A stretch of 63,477 bases of DNA, counting the filler, from Reticulomyxa filosa (lineage: Eukaryota > Protista > Foraminifera): assembly GCA_000512085.1 (NCBI GenBank). It is 12 parts of 12 records of this genome, joined end to end, with 100 filler letters (N's around TTAATTAATTAA, not from the genome) between each part and the next. Parts side by side here need not be neighbours in the genome. Positions count along the whole stretch, not along the records: positions 1 to 5,822 come from ASPP01013811.1; positions 5,923 to 16,832 come from ASPP01027964.1; 10 more parts are not named here. One strand, written 5' to 3'. This document shows, in pieces, positions 1-13,616 of this stretch; positions within the stretch are counted from its first letter, which is position 1, and the number at the start of each line of letters is the position of its first letter. Made by a program: the position numbers and the translations under genes. The notes beneath the pieces were generated by a model. That model ran no database searches. It saw only the letters and a program-made list of their open reading frames with translations, and was not told the origin of the DNA.

Positions 1-112
1 TTACTTTTACATACACATATTTATATGTACTTATAAATAATATATTATATATATTATATATATATATATATATATGGATAATTGAAACGAGTTAGATGAA
101 CACGCTCGATCG

Positions 113-915
113 TTGTCCATGTCAACATCGAATAACGCAAAGACGTTGAAATCAGCCAATGGCACTATCGACCGACCAAAAAGCCTGGGCGAAATTGCAT
201 TTGCACTTGGGCAAATGAAGCAAAAGGACGAAATAAAGAAAGGTGGCAAAAAAGTATTGTTGCCACAAACTAATGTGAATATGAATGGCATCACTTCATT
301 ACATTCCAACCTCGCGGATGCCGCTGCTGTCAATCCTAATGGTCAGAACAATTCAAGTTTCCCCCCCCCCCTCCACTTTGTCCTTTTTTTTTTGTTTGTT
401 TGTTTTATTCTGAAAAGTCCCACGTTTGAAATGAAATCAAGTGGTTCCACTCAGGTGCAACGGCGAAAAGAGGCAAGTCGTATTCGCACATATTTGGCAC
501 AGTGGGAGATGTTCCCGCCCTCACTCAAAGCGAAAAAGCGAGTCAGCGTCGGTGCAAAAGCGAGTACCAATTGCTGGACAAAATAATCACGAATAACGCT
601 CAAACAAAACGAGCCAATCCATTGGTTGAGTCCAATACACTCACCAAAGTCAATCACGTCAGAACCAAGTCTTTAAAGCAAAAGTTTGGAAGAAAAGGGA
701 GAGAAAAAGGGATTGTTTACTTTTGAGGAGATATCACAACACATATACAAATGGTGTAGACGAGTGGAATACCAGTTTGGAGGAGAGAAGTTGCAAGCGA
801 TGATTCCCATGGATATGGAAACAGCAACGACAGCGACAACAACAACGACGACAACAGCAGCAGGGAAACCTTCAGATGAAAGTGGAAGTGATGCAACAGT
901 AACAGCAACAGCAAC

Positions 916-951
<36 letters not shown>

Positions 952-3543
952 GACAACGGTAACAATAACGACGACGACAACGGAGAAAGCAACTCCAAAT
1001 GCGTCTCTACAACTATCTTATGTGTGTGGATATTCCGCCCTTGCCATGTGCAAAAATAACATTTTCATTACACATGACAACCAATCAGTTTCAATTGCAT
1101 TTCTTATTTCATGTTCACACTCATTGCAGTGCATACATATACCCATATATATAAAAGATTGTATACAATGTCTCTTCCGTCATTGTCATTCACAACCTAA
1201 GCAGTGGAGAACAGAAACATTACACACGCCACAAGGCCTCAGTAACAAGTCTATGTGTGCACCCCACACTTCCTTATGTGGCAAGTGTGGCAAAGGCCCT
1301 TTTGAATGTCGAGTCCACGACAGTTTTGAACACTATGTAGTCTTTGGAGAGGAAACACCTATACAGATATGTATATGTATATATTGCTTAAGCAAATACC
1401 TTAGTTGGGACAAACATCACATCAGCTGGCAATCCATTTATGGGATATGAAAACCCTTCACCGAATTGGCAAAATCACTTGTCCCGACTTTCGCTCGAGT
1501 ATTTATCATTTGCGCTTTTCACCTTGTTCTAACTTGTTGTATTGCGTTTTGAGAGACAACGACGAAAATACTTTGTACGCTTTTCAAATGACCAATTCCA
1601 AAACACCTGTCATCAAAACATCTCTGCCAAAAGGCAAAGTTGCGCAACACATACACAAACATATTTACATTTAAATAAATACATATTTATTTATTTATTT
1701 GTTTGTTTGGATTTGTCAAGCTGTATGGCATTCAATTCAACGAGTCAATGGACAGAAACAGTGAACTTACGGACGAATTCATCGTGTATGGCGAAGGCGG
1801 AGCCTATTATTGCGAAACAAGGAAACACTCGGACAAAGAACACGTGCAACAGGTAATTCACGGCGGACAACCAATTGTTGGAAAGACATTTGAACCAGAT
1901 TTTGAAGTGCAAGTGCAACCTATCGATATCAAGTCCACAAAAAAAAAAGAATCAGCCTTTCACAGCAGCTATTTCCTGCCCAATGCAGATGGCTTTTACT
2001 TGTTAGGTGGTGACAGTGGCCAGTTGTATTTGTGTGCTCGCAATCACGCAATTCTCTCCTTTGTCGCCCATTCCAAATACTTGGCGGCCATTTGCAGCCA
2101 TCCCATTGGATTCATTACCGCCGCTGGAGACGGCTTGTGGAAACTCTGGGAAATTAATAACATCAACCGTGGCTTGCTGCAACGGCCAGAGTCTTATCAT
2201 GTTGGTATGCAGACACCACGCACAACCCTTCGCAAACTAAAACAAGTGCTGAGAGTGAAATTGGAAGATAAATTCCACATTCCAAAATACAGAATCGGTG
2301 GAGGTGCACATGCGTGTATTTACAACAGGTTAAAAGAACAGTTAATTATTGGTACAAACGAATGTGATATTATCATGGTTGAGAAATTATCAGAAAAGGT
2401 ATTTCACTATATCATTTATATTTTTCCAGTTTTTTTTTTTTTAGTGTCCCTAGTCCCCTTTTTTTTTTTCTCAACGATAATAAATTATAAATCAATTTTA
2501 GCCACAACTCAAGTATTGTCGTATAAAACCCATTGTCACTGGACATGGTGAGGAAATAGTGGATTCACAAATGTTGGGCACGTCCCTGCCTGCGAAACGT
2601 GCAACAGTTTGCAAGAATGGGGTTGTTCGTGTTTGGAACTTTGACCCCTCGCGGTTTACAGCAGTTTGCGAGCAGACTTACAGTATTCGTAACAGTAATG
2701 GCAAGATATCGGCCATTGGATGGACAGCAGACAACAAGCATCTAATTGTGGGTACCACGTCGAACAAATTGTTAATTTATTTGACCGAACCGTTCAAATT
2801 GATTAAAACGGTATTCATCCCGAATGACCTCAACAGTCTCAAGAAGTCCTCAATTGATGCGTCGTCCACGTTGCAACAAGGCACGCAAAAATCGGAACTG
2901 CCGACGATCAAAGTCATTTGCTGTTCCTTTAATGGCAAATTGTGTGCGATCGGCTATGGAAGAAAAGGCTATATTTTGGACTTACGAAAAGGAAAAACCC
3001 AATTTTCTTTGTGGGATTTCAACACAATTGAGACGCATCACCCAATCTCCCATATGTATATTAGCAAAGATCACCTCTGGCTTTGTGTTATTTCAGAGTT
3101 ACGTTTTTGTCTTATTATTATTATTATTTACCTCTTTGGCAAATTGATTGTGTGATTTGACCAGGAGATACGAAACGCAATACTTTACTCTGTCAATGAA
3201 CAAAAATACATTGAGACCCACACCGATGTTACCTCCGTGGACCACAGAATGGTGGCCCAAATTGCCATTGACCAATTGGTCCTTACAAGGCTTTTACCAA
3301 GATCAATGGAAAGATAACGAATTGAATGACGGAGATTGCTTGGCGGGACACTCATTGGCTGTTTCTGGAGATAAATTTGGTAACATTCGCTTGCATGCTT
3401 TTCCTGTTCTCACTCCACAAGCCTTATGTTGTGTTTCCCATCACTCCACACCTGTCACGTCTTTGTTTTTCCTCAAAGACGAAAAGTATTTTGTATCTGT
3501 TAATGGCCACAACAAAAGTGTGTTTTGTTGGAAGGTTGAGTAA
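113..3543 (+). CDS. EMAP/EML-like WD40 microtubule-associated protein (multi-exon; exon boundaries approximate, 5' end may be incomplete)
   Basis: HELP-like motif SLQLSYVCGYSALAMCKNNIFIT (~1004-1075) followed by WD40 blades (HLWD, LWKLWE, VRVWNF) and an EML-type end (AVSGDKFGNIRLHAFP...HHSTPVTSLFFLKDEKYFVSVNGHNKSVFCWKVE*). ORF pieces are separated by AT-rich GT-AG introns; one frame slip near 685. Confidence 0.8.
820..982 (+). repeat. (GCAACA)n/(ACR)n tract encoding a Thr/Ala-rich linker
   Basis: Visible tandem GCAACA/ACA/ACG units translating to TATATTTT...ATATAT. Confidence 0.9.
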
Positions 3544-4154
3544 TTTGTTGTCATGTTGTCGTTTTTAATGTCTCTGGAAGCATTTCAGGGGGGTTCAACA
3601 ATTGGCCTTTTTGAGATTTTGTTCAATACTGTGCAAAGTAAAATGCACCGACCGACTCGTAAATTTAAGTGTAATGTTGGTGTTTTCTTTTTGGCCAAAA
3701 ACGAAATCAAATAAATACATAAAAAAAGCAAAAACATGAAAATTTAAGAAAGGGTGTAAACGTTAGCATTAACTTGCATAATTCAGGAGTAATAAGGTTT
3801 AATCTTAAAGTGGAATTGGTTATAAAATTATAATTCTTAATCAATTAATTATTTTGTTTATTTCGAAACATATGTTATCTGTTTTTTCGTTTGTTTTTAT
3901 TAATATTTTTTCCAGTTTCAGGACTTTTGTTAGTTTTTTTTGCTATTTAGCTTTTATTCTTATTTTTTGTATAAACTGATTGCACGTTCATTAGTCAGTG
4001 ACATATATATCATTTCAAACTCGAATTTATTTATGACACTGTTATTAAAAGATAATTACCCTTAAACCTTTTTTATAGTTTTCATTAATGGTGTGCTTCC
4101 ACTGTAGTGTCGCTCTGTGTTTGAAAAGGTACTTCATTCAACAAACTCTCGGAA

Positions 4155-5822
4155 ATGTCTTCCACTCAAAATTTCTCCAAGGAAAATCATATTCCGACGG
4201 CTCATGATAGTGCCCAGTGGAGTTTGGAATCTTTGAGTCGCTTACAAAATTGGATATATGGTATATGTCTGGTAGATTTTGACTTAGTGAATGGACAGAT
4301 AATTAAATTTGTGTACCCATTAGATATTTTTTCTGCGCAGGTTTGAATGCAAAAAATATTGTTTGTAAATATAAGTAGGACGGCAAAATCACAAAAAAAA
4401 AAAGGAGAAATTAAGAATCGCGAACTTGTCGTTGCCAAACAGTAACAATTCAACAAATGAAATGGGGGACTTATATTATTGCTTTCGATTTCGTACACGA
4501 CAAACAAAATATTCAGTGCGCGATCAGTTGTTGAATGAAAATGAAGGGAAAGGATATGGAACTGATGACGAGGAAGAAGAAGGAGTAGGGGAAGAGGAAG
4601 GGAAAGAGAAGGAGAAAGGAGAAGAAGGAAGAGGAGAAAGAGAAAAGGAAGGAGCAGAAGAGAATAAAGATAAAAAAAAAGAAGACAAAGACAACATAGA
4701 AAAAGCAGCAAAAGTGGAAGAGCTAACGATGAAATGTTACGAGCTACGTAAACACGAATCATTTTTATTTGGGCACGTATTTTTCCGTCAAAAGCCGGAT
4801 TTTGAAATAAATCGAGGATATTTCCAAAAGTCTTTGGTTTTAATTTCATCACTGCCATATGTCCACGTCTTTCAAAAAGCGTATGTACCTTTTTTTTTTT
4901 TAATCTTTGTATGTGACATTACTTATATACATATATGTATATATATGTATATGTACATATACATAGATGCAACATCATTGGGAGTCATTACTTTCAATTT
5001 GGCCGTCGGATACTGAGTATTGCATGTCAGGACATGAGCAAGTGGGGAGATCCAAGCACAAGCGGGGAGATGGAGTTGCCATTGTTGGGTGAGATCATCA
5101 GCGCGAGTTTGTACCCGTACAGCCCTCCCATTTCCGATGGCCTGTCATCTCCGGTTCGACGCAGCAATCCTCCGTCGAGTGCGCCTCCACGCATTAAGCC
5201 CCCTCAGTTCCGTGCCCCTCCTCCGCCGCGGCAGGATCCAGCCTCTCTGTCATCCACCGCAAATCCGCCTCTTGTGCATTCGCCGAAGGTCACACCCTTT
5301 GTCAAAGGTGGTTGTTTCCAAGAAGTTGAGCTGCGTTTGAAAAAGACAAGACAAAAAAAGTAGAAATTGAATGACTGTGAAAAGTGACAGAGAAATCGAA
5401 TGACCTTACAAAAAAAAAAAAAAAAAAAAAAAAGGTGGATTTGTACAAATACTTTCACAACTGTGTGGGAAACCTTTGGCATTTGTGGGAACTGGCAATA
5501 ATTGGCAGTCCGATACTGGTGGAGGCGTCATCGGCGGAAGTGTGTTCGCAAGCGGTGTTGGCGATCGTGTCATTGATCGCGCCGTTGTCATATCAGGGCG
5601 ATTTTCGGCCTTATATTACCATCGAAGACGACGACGTCAAGCATTTCTGCGACTTACACGACCAGGGCGAGTTGAGCAATGGACACAAGCCGATCATCTT
5701 GGGCGTCACCAATCCTCTCTTCCGTGAACGCTTGCTCACTTCTTTTCCAAACATCTTATGCTTGAACAATGCCATCTCGACCGCTACTCAACAACATCAT
5801 ACCACGTCTTCGTCGTCGTCGT
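4155..5822 (+). CDS. DENND6: DENND6/FAM116-family DENN-domain Rab GEF (multi-exon, 3'-truncated by contig end)
   Basis: WIYGICLVDFDLVNGQIIKFVYP; SLPNSN..GDLYYCFRFR; FGHVFFRQKPD...RGYFQKSLVLISSLPY; LWHLWELAIIGSPILV; YQGDFRPYITI; ILGVTNPLF - the characteristic DENND6 motif series. Confidence 0.9.
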
Positions 5823-5922
5823 NNNNNNNNNNNNNNNNNNNNNNNNNNNNNNNNNNNNNNNNNNNNTTAATTAATTAANNNNNNNNNNNNNNNNNNNNNN
5901 NNNNNNNNNNNNNNNNNNNNNN
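5823..5922. other. Artificial contig linker (N44-TTAATTAATTAA-N44); same linker at 16833-16932, 18659-18758, 24001-24100, 25734-25833, 33002-33101, 42081-42180, 45328-45427, ~48865-48964, 59120-59219, 61979-62078
   Basis: Identical 100-bp N-padded spacer with stop codons in all six frames, present 11 times. Confidence 0.99.
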
Positions 5923-6553
5923 TTTTCAATCAAGTATTTTTTAATACAAATAATGGATTGAATGTAGGTTTTTTACTTAATGGAATAAATTCGATATCTA
6001 AACCAATGTTTTTTGATAATACTTGGTCAATATTTATGCTTGATCGACGGCATTTGGATTGTAACTGTTATATAGACTGTGATGATTGATTTGTCGATAT
6101 TTAATATGTTCTCTGCAATCAAAATCAAGACAGTCTTTGTCCCTTCGACATTTCCATTGAGTCAGTCCCATGCTTCCAAATAACTTCTTCATTAATGTTG
6201 GTGAAAGTTTCTTAAAGTTCTGCTAGTATATTGCTAAATGAAATTAGATTCGAAATAAACAAGTAAAATTCTTTCTTTAAAAAAACTATATCAAAGTAAA
6301 TGAGGTGTCCAACTACATCAAATGTTGTTATTTTGTCACTTCTATATGTAATTGCAATAAGTATTTTTGGATCCGTTGCTCAAGCAAGTAAACATCATAA
6401 TGAAGCTTCAAAAAACAATTTGTTAGCCTTGACTTAGTTTACAATTCAAATTCCTTCCTCACATTGCGATGGTTCAAAAGAAATGATAAATCAAAGGTAA
6501 TTTTATGTATATTACAATTTTAAAAAATTGTTATTATTTTGTTTATGAAAATC

Positions 6554-7688
6554 TTACCAACACCATATACATATCGCTTCATCCCAAGATCCTGACGCAA
6601 TCATATTACCATTGGGTGAAATATCTACACTCATTATCCAATTGTTATATCCTCTCAATCTTTGTATTTCATGTCCTGATTTTACATTCCATAATCGAAT
6701 TGTCATATCTTCTGAGCATGACACAATAGTTTGACCATCATAAAAATATTTTACTTCGTTTATATTACGTGAATGTCCTTTTAAAATGTGTACTTCCTTT
6801 TTTGATTCTACATCCCATATTCGAATAGTTTTATCCCATGAACAGGAAGCAACAAATTTACCATCTGGAGAAAATATTGCAGATGTTACAGGACCAGTAT
6901 GTCCTGTTAATGTTTTCAATACGTTGCCTGATTTTACATCCCATATACCAATAATTTTATCAGCAGATGCTGAAACGACCATTTGACCATCTGGTGAAAA
7001 TTTTACACTTGATACACCTCCAATATGACCTCCAAATCTTTTAATCTCTTTTCCAGATTCTACATCCCATATTGTTATTGTTCTATTATATGCACTTGTC
7101 ACAATATTTTTTCCATCGGGAGAAAAATTCAAAGCCATTATCCAATTTATACCCTCAAATTGGACTACTTCCTCTCCTGATTATACATCCCATAATCGAA
7201 ATGTTTTATCTGCTGAACATGAAGCAATTATCTTTCCATTTGGTGAAAATTCTGCAATATAAACTCGACCAGAATGGTGTTGAAAAGTTCGAATAATTTG
7301 TCTTGATGAAACATCCCATACTTGAACTGTTTTATCATCTGATGATGAAACAAGTTTGGAGCCATCTCTTGAAAATCTTACACATGTTACTGCTTTTTGA
7401 TGTCCTCTGAATACTGTCGATAATGTAAAACACTTGCTCTATGTTCGACATTGACAAGCAAAATGAACAAATACTTTCGCTTAAGCTGAAAAAGAAATAA
7501 TAGCTTGCATACATAATTCAAAACAATCTTGTCAAAGTCATTGATCCACCCTAACGTAATATCTGAAGCCCGAAGCCGACTTTGAATAATAAGACTTACT
7601 TGTTCTTCTGACTTTTTTTTTAGCAATGTCTGCAATCTATTATTTACAAAAAGCAAAAGAAAACACTCACCAACTGTATCATATTCAT
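6554..7688 (-). pseudogene. WD40-repeat protein gene with frameshifts (probable pseudogene)
   Basis: Tandem GH..V..V.FSPDG..IVS.S.D.TI.IWDV.SG repeats in ORF 6554-7138. Upstream repeats are out of frame (EDIKKQ* in one frame versus HQKAVTCVRFS in another near 7390; further slips ~7150-7280). Confidence 0.85.
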
Positions 7689-7991
7689 TTCTCTACTAGT
7701 CTTTGTAGATTGGAAAGCTGATAGATATGCAATATGAACTTAAAAAAAAATTTAGGGGGTTTATGTTTTTAAAACTATTAACCAGCAAAGTTTACACGTT
7801 CATTTTCATTTTTGTTTTGAGTTTTGTTTCCGGATCCTTTTCTTCGTTTTCAAAAACTATTTCTCTGGTTCGCCATTTGTTTCACTCTTCCTCTTCATCT
7901 CAAGTTATTAAGCAAATCCAAATGATAAGAGTTTGGCCAAGGTTTTAGCGAAAAAAGACCCTGTCCCTTCAAAATTCTTTTTTTGACACTG

Positions 7992-8925
7992 CTAAATTTT
8001 TGTTTGAAAATCAAAGAATTTTGCTTGCAATTGTTGATACACATCGTCCATGTTTTTGACCTGGCCATGTACACCTTCAAGCTCGAAGTTGCTATAATCA
8101 AAGGTCGAGTGTGATATTTTGTCGGTGGACATGATTCCAATGCGAAACGTTATGGGATTTGACGCAATCGCATAGCCCATTTCGTACCCAAGATAAATAC
8201 TTTCACACATTTTCAAAAATAATGCCACGTGTCCTAATTTTTTGTTTGCAAACATCAGATCAACTGCCATGACTTCAAAATACCGAATTTGACCATATTT
8301 TGTTCCACTTTTTAAAAAAATAAAAAATAAACAAATAAATCTAGAATACGTATACGTATTTTAAAAAAAAACCTTAATGGCCTCAGATCTTTAGAAAAAT
8401 ATTTTGCAAGTTTAGGAAAATTCAAAATAGCTTTTGCAGCAATTTATTTGCGAAAAGTATAAAAAGGGATCCTTTCAAGAGAAGCGTTGTCGTTGTTGCT
8501 GTCTTCTTGCTCGACTTGGTCGCCGTCAAAAACATCACGACTAATAGCCACAGCAATTACTCGATTAGTAGTACGTTCTATGACCACCAATGAGGTACCC
8601 ATCCGGATGGCAAACTTGACCAAGGGACGGAAACGAGGCAGATTTTCTTCTACCGATACGTGGAAGCACATGTGGTTAATCGTGCCATCATACATGCTGA
8701 ACTGGAAACACAATAGTGTGATCGCCTGCTTATAGTGACTTTCCGAAAGCGTACGTTGTCGATCTTGTACTTATTCTGGAACACCTTCCAACTTTCTGAC
8801 GAGTCCAGTTTGTCCAGAAAGTCACGAAAGCGCTTCTTATGCTCCTGCTGTATCTTTGTCAGAGTTTCCATCTGTTCTTTTACAAAATTACTTTTCTGAA
8901 AAATGGGATATCCCTTTCTTTGCAA
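7992..8925 (-). pseudogene. GNAT-family (arylalkylamine N-acetyltransferase-like) gene, disrupted
   Basis: SLVVIERTTNRVIAVAISRD; IRYFEVMAVDLMFANKKLGHVAL (motif A-like); LGYEMGYAIASNPITFRI. Frameshift near 8735, in-frame TAA at 8444-8446, one intron ~8307-8372. Confidence 0.6.
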
Positions 8926-9239
8926 CTGGCAAACGAACCTGAAACTTGAGAACGCTCGTTCACGTAGTTAAATGAAAAATTTTTAAAGGATATTTTAAAA
9001 ATTTATTTAAAAAAATGCGGTATAAAATGATATTATTCTTCATCAATGAGTGATTGTGTGTGCGGACTAATTATCTGTTTTATTTTTATTTTAAACACTT
9101 GAGCGATGCTGTGAATAAAATGGAATACGAAAAAAAAAATTGCCAAAACTCAATGAAATAACCAAACAAAAACCAATCCCGTTTCTTTAGTAAATAGCAT
9201 TTTATTTAATCAAAAAAAAGGGCAAACTTTTCTTTGGTT

Positions 9240-10124
9240 ATGTGGATTATATTACCCTCCAGTTCTTGCTTGCTTTGTCTTCAACAAGATATGATTGTAT
9301 TTCCATCTGGTGAAACATCGAAGCACATGAGATGATCAGATGTTACTTCCAGTCTCTATATTTCATGTCCTGTCTTCACATTCCATATTCGAATTGTTTC
9401 ATCTTCTGAATAAGATACAAACAAATTAACCATCAGTAGAAAATGCTGCATGCAATACATGCTGTGAATGTCCAAGTAATTCCTTCAATCTTTTACAGGA
9501 TTGTACATCCCATAAACAAATTGTTTTGTCATCAGATGGTGATAAAATCATTTGACCATTTGATGAAAATTTTACACTATTCACGGTATTCGAATGACCA
9601 ATCACTTTTTGAATCTCTTGTTCAGATTCCACATCCAATAATCGTATTGTTTTATCAGATGAACATGACACAATAGTTTTACCATCTGGAGAAAAATCCA
9701 CATCTGCCACTGAATTATAATGTCCTTTCCATTTCTTTATTTGTCTTCCTGATATCGCATCCCATACGCGAGTTGAAATATCAGCCGAGCCAGAAACAAC
9801 AGTATTTCCATCTGGTGAAAAAACTGCAGCGCAGACCAAAGCCGAGTGTTCTTTCAAAATTTGAAATTGTTGTCCAGAAGCAGTATCCCATATTCGAACT
9901 GTTTCATCATGAAGATGAAACAATCTTACTATCATCTGCCAAAAATTTACGCTTTCTGCTGTATACGTATGTCCTTTTAAAAGTCTCAAAAATCGAAAAT
10001 ATTTTGTCTGTGTTTCAAGTGTCGGTTGGCGATTGCAATATACACTTTTCTTTTCTATCAAAAAATACAACATAACGTATTCTACAATAATTTTGTCAAA
10101 ATCGTGGATCAAATTTCGAAGCAA
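9240..10124 (-). pseudogene. Second WD40-repeat gene, disrupted; paralogue of 6554-7688
   Basis: Same FSPDG/GH repeats and same N-terminal DFDKII..YV leader; premature stop at 9426 with repeat sequence continuing to ~9240. Confidence 0.85.
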
Positions 10125-10806
10125 ATAAACTTTACTTTTGTGAATATCTGACCCTTTTTTTTTTGCTGTGACCTGGTGAAAGTCTTACGCTGTTTATCAC
10201 GTCTTGATGTCCTTGTAATAATTTAATATATTTTGCCTATTAAATGTTGAAAATTAAAATTTCCTCCTAATTCAAAGAAATAAAAAGCATTACTTAACAA
10301 TTTGCTAACAATTCAAAGTCATGTATCCGTCCTAGCTTTACACTCAAAATTCGAACCAATTTCGTATTACTGCTGCACTCTCCTTTTCAGACTAATTCAT
10401 AACTTTGGTAAGCAGGGAACCATAATGAAGAGTGTCTTGTTAATCTCCATTCAAAAACTCTTTCTAAAATTAATCATTTTTTAAAAAATATTTGAATAAT
10501 ATCAAAATTAATGAAAACTGTATTTGTTTTAGTAAATGTATGAAAAAACCGGATTTTCAAAGGACATTTATTAAAAACCAAGCATATCTTGGATTATTGA
10601 TTTTTCGTATTACCTTCAAGACTTTTTTTTTTTTTACAAACAAAAAAAAAAAAAATTGATCGAGTTTTGATTTGACAATAAGTTTTTTTAACATATTTTG
10701 AAATCAAAGTATTCCATAAGCATAATAAGAAACATTGAAAAAGAGTTGGAAAAAAGAATGAATATACAAAAACAATTTCGGACTGATATTTTGTTTGTTT
10801 GTATGA

Positions 10807-13566
10807 TTAATTGCCGCCCATCACTCTGTTTGTATTTCCAGTTAATACACTCCCGTGACTGATCATTGCTTCATTGTTGTTCTCGGTGCAATTGGCCTTT
10901 TTGAATATAAGACTTTTGCGTTCTTCGTCATAAAGCCATTCATAAATGTGATCCCCAGTGCGGATGCGATATCCAACATTGTGACTTCGTAGATAACAAT
11001 TGTTGGCATCTGTTTGTACTGGACGATATGGCCAATTGTTAACAATTGCCGATACATCTCCCTCGCAAGGAGGGAGACGATTTATTTTCTTATCGCTGCA
11101 ATACAAATGTGACATACTGTCATTTTCATTGGCACTTTTGAGTTCCGTTGCAGTTTTGATGTAATCTTTTAACCAGCTCTTATTGCGGTCAATATTTTTG
11201 CCGTTGCAGGGAAAATATGCAACCACATAAGGCTGTATCCTTTGCTCATTCCTTGGATGGGGTGTATTGCTCGGGACAGTTTTCATCCAGCGATTATCAA
11301 CTCGCACTATAATCGAATCGGATATCTTACATAAGCTCAAATAAATGCAATGACCTTTATGACCAACCACCAAACTAATTTCGCAACATTCATTCTTTGA
11401 AAGTGGTTTCAATTCCATCAATCGATCCACCACATTGCAACTCCAGTTTTCTCCTAGTCCCGGACATTTACCCATAAATTCTCCCGTTGTGATGTAATCC
11501 CAATACGTTGTCAATTGCACTTGCAATTCTTTATACAAAAGAGATATCATTTCCTCACTTGACATATACATTGGCAATTCCGTAAGATCTTTTCCTCTTT
11601 TTAATCGAACACAAATTTCAAACAATAAAAAAATTCGAGTGGTTAAAAATGGCAACGGATCCCATCCTTTGTCATATCTCTTTTGCTTTGAATTTTCAAG
11701 TATGATAGCTTTCACATTTTTTCTGGCTTCGGAATATAGGTCATAACTGTCAATCAACGTATCTTGCAAATCTTTTTGCTTTGTCCCCAATAAAAAAGCT
11801 GCACCTCTTTGTAATATCGTTGCATAATTTTTTTCATCGGTATCTTTTATTACACCATCCTCATTAGTTAATTGATTCTTTTCATAATCAATAGCATACT
11901 CAATCCTTTTCATTGGATATATGCTTCGTTGTTTCAAAATCCATTTAGCTATGTCTATTAGTTCTGAATTCTCTTTTTTGTCATTTTTGGAATTGTACAG
12001 TCCCATAACTGACTCAAAGGGGCTTCGCAAACCGTTCTTTGTCACATATCTGGCATCAATGTCTACTCCTTGCTTGATACAAGTACGAAAGCCATCCCAA
12101 CATCTGTTATCTATTGTGGCATGCAGTAGGGTTGATTGACATTCATTACCTGAATCGTTGATATCAACTTGTTCCGGCTTGTTCAAGCAAGGTGGCGGAA
12201 CACCGCCCTTGCTGAAATTGTCCCAGATTTGTTGAAGCTTTGGAATACTCCACTCGGCTTGTTTATTATAGCAGTGTATTAAGGCAGTTAAAGAGCCATT
12301 ATCATTGCTAGAATCCAATCGGATACGAGGATTAAACAGCAGCAAACCAAATGCCAAGATTTCCGCGCTGTCATAATCTATTCTTTTCTCTTCCTTTGAT
12401 CTCGGGCTTATATGGTCTATTATCCTACAGTTTTCTTGCTTGGATGTTTCCTTATTTTCTTGTGGCATATCTTTCACCACACATGCCCACATGTCATCAG
12501 TCATTGCTAACAATACATTGTATACAGGCCTTGTAGGTCTGGTTTCCATTCTTTTTAACAACTGTTTTGTCAAGGAACACAATTGCTTGTCGTTCAATCG
12601 TGCAATGAGCTCTTTGAGTGCATTTGCACAGATTGCGTTTGATTCATTGCCATCTGCACTATTTCTAAATATGACCATCAATTCTTGGAAAACTTCTTCG
12701 ATCTGTGTTTCACTTAATTGTGTGAAAATTTTTTCAAACGCTTCTATGGATGAGTTATCTCCATTTTTTAAACTGGACAGCAGGCAATCAAAAGCATCAT
12801 TTAATTGCATCTCATTTAACTTTGGTGACAGATTTCCAATCGCTTTTGCAAATATCTTTCGAATAGGTTGATTACCTTTTTCAAACTCTCCTATCAAGAG
12901 CTTGAAAACTTCAGTAGCCTCAATTTTTTTGTCCAGTTTCGTGTTGATCTCTCCAAGTAAGTCTACTGAACTTTGGTAACTGTACCCATTTTTATCTTGG
13001 AATCCATCCGTCAAACATTGAAAGATGAAATTCCATTGTATTTCATCTGCTTTCACTGCAAGTGCTCGAAAGGCTTTTTTGCATGTCTTTTGAATAAGCA
13101 TGTTTTTATCTTTGAATCGATCAAGCAATACCTGCAACGTTTCTGTCAACTGTTCTTGGTTGAGTCGAGAAGAAAGCGTTTCGAGTGCGGTTACGCAGGC
13201 AGCCTGAAGGAATCTGTCTGGATCATCACCCTTAAGGGTGTGTATCAAGCACTGAAAGACTTGCTTGAATTGTCCGTCATCCCACATAGGGGTCAGTTTT
13301 GCAAGCACGAAAGCGCAAGACCTGCGCAGCCCCCTGTGGATGTGATACTCCAATCCTTGTATCAAGCACGTGAATACCTGACTGCGTTGCTCCTTGTCCA
13401 AAGCCATTAAAAACGGTTCGGCGCAAGCCATGCAAAAATATTGTGCACAATTTCGAATCAAATGTTTGAAGGCACAGGTTACTGCCTGTTCGTCTTTTTT
13501 TTTTTCAGTTGCAATGCGACAGTGGCAAGGGTATGTGCACATACGAGACACATTTTATGTTGATTG

Positions 13567-13616
<50 letters not shown>

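Noticed and set aside
1-75. (TA)n tract at the window start
   Set aside because: Ordinary intronic microsatellite, like those at ~4930, ~18070 and ~51425
717-998. Poly-Leu membrane-like ORFs here and at 4202-4858, 16103-16606, 30437-30808 and 40415-40765
   Set aside because: Antisense shadows of Thr/Ala, Glu/Lys or A-rich tracts
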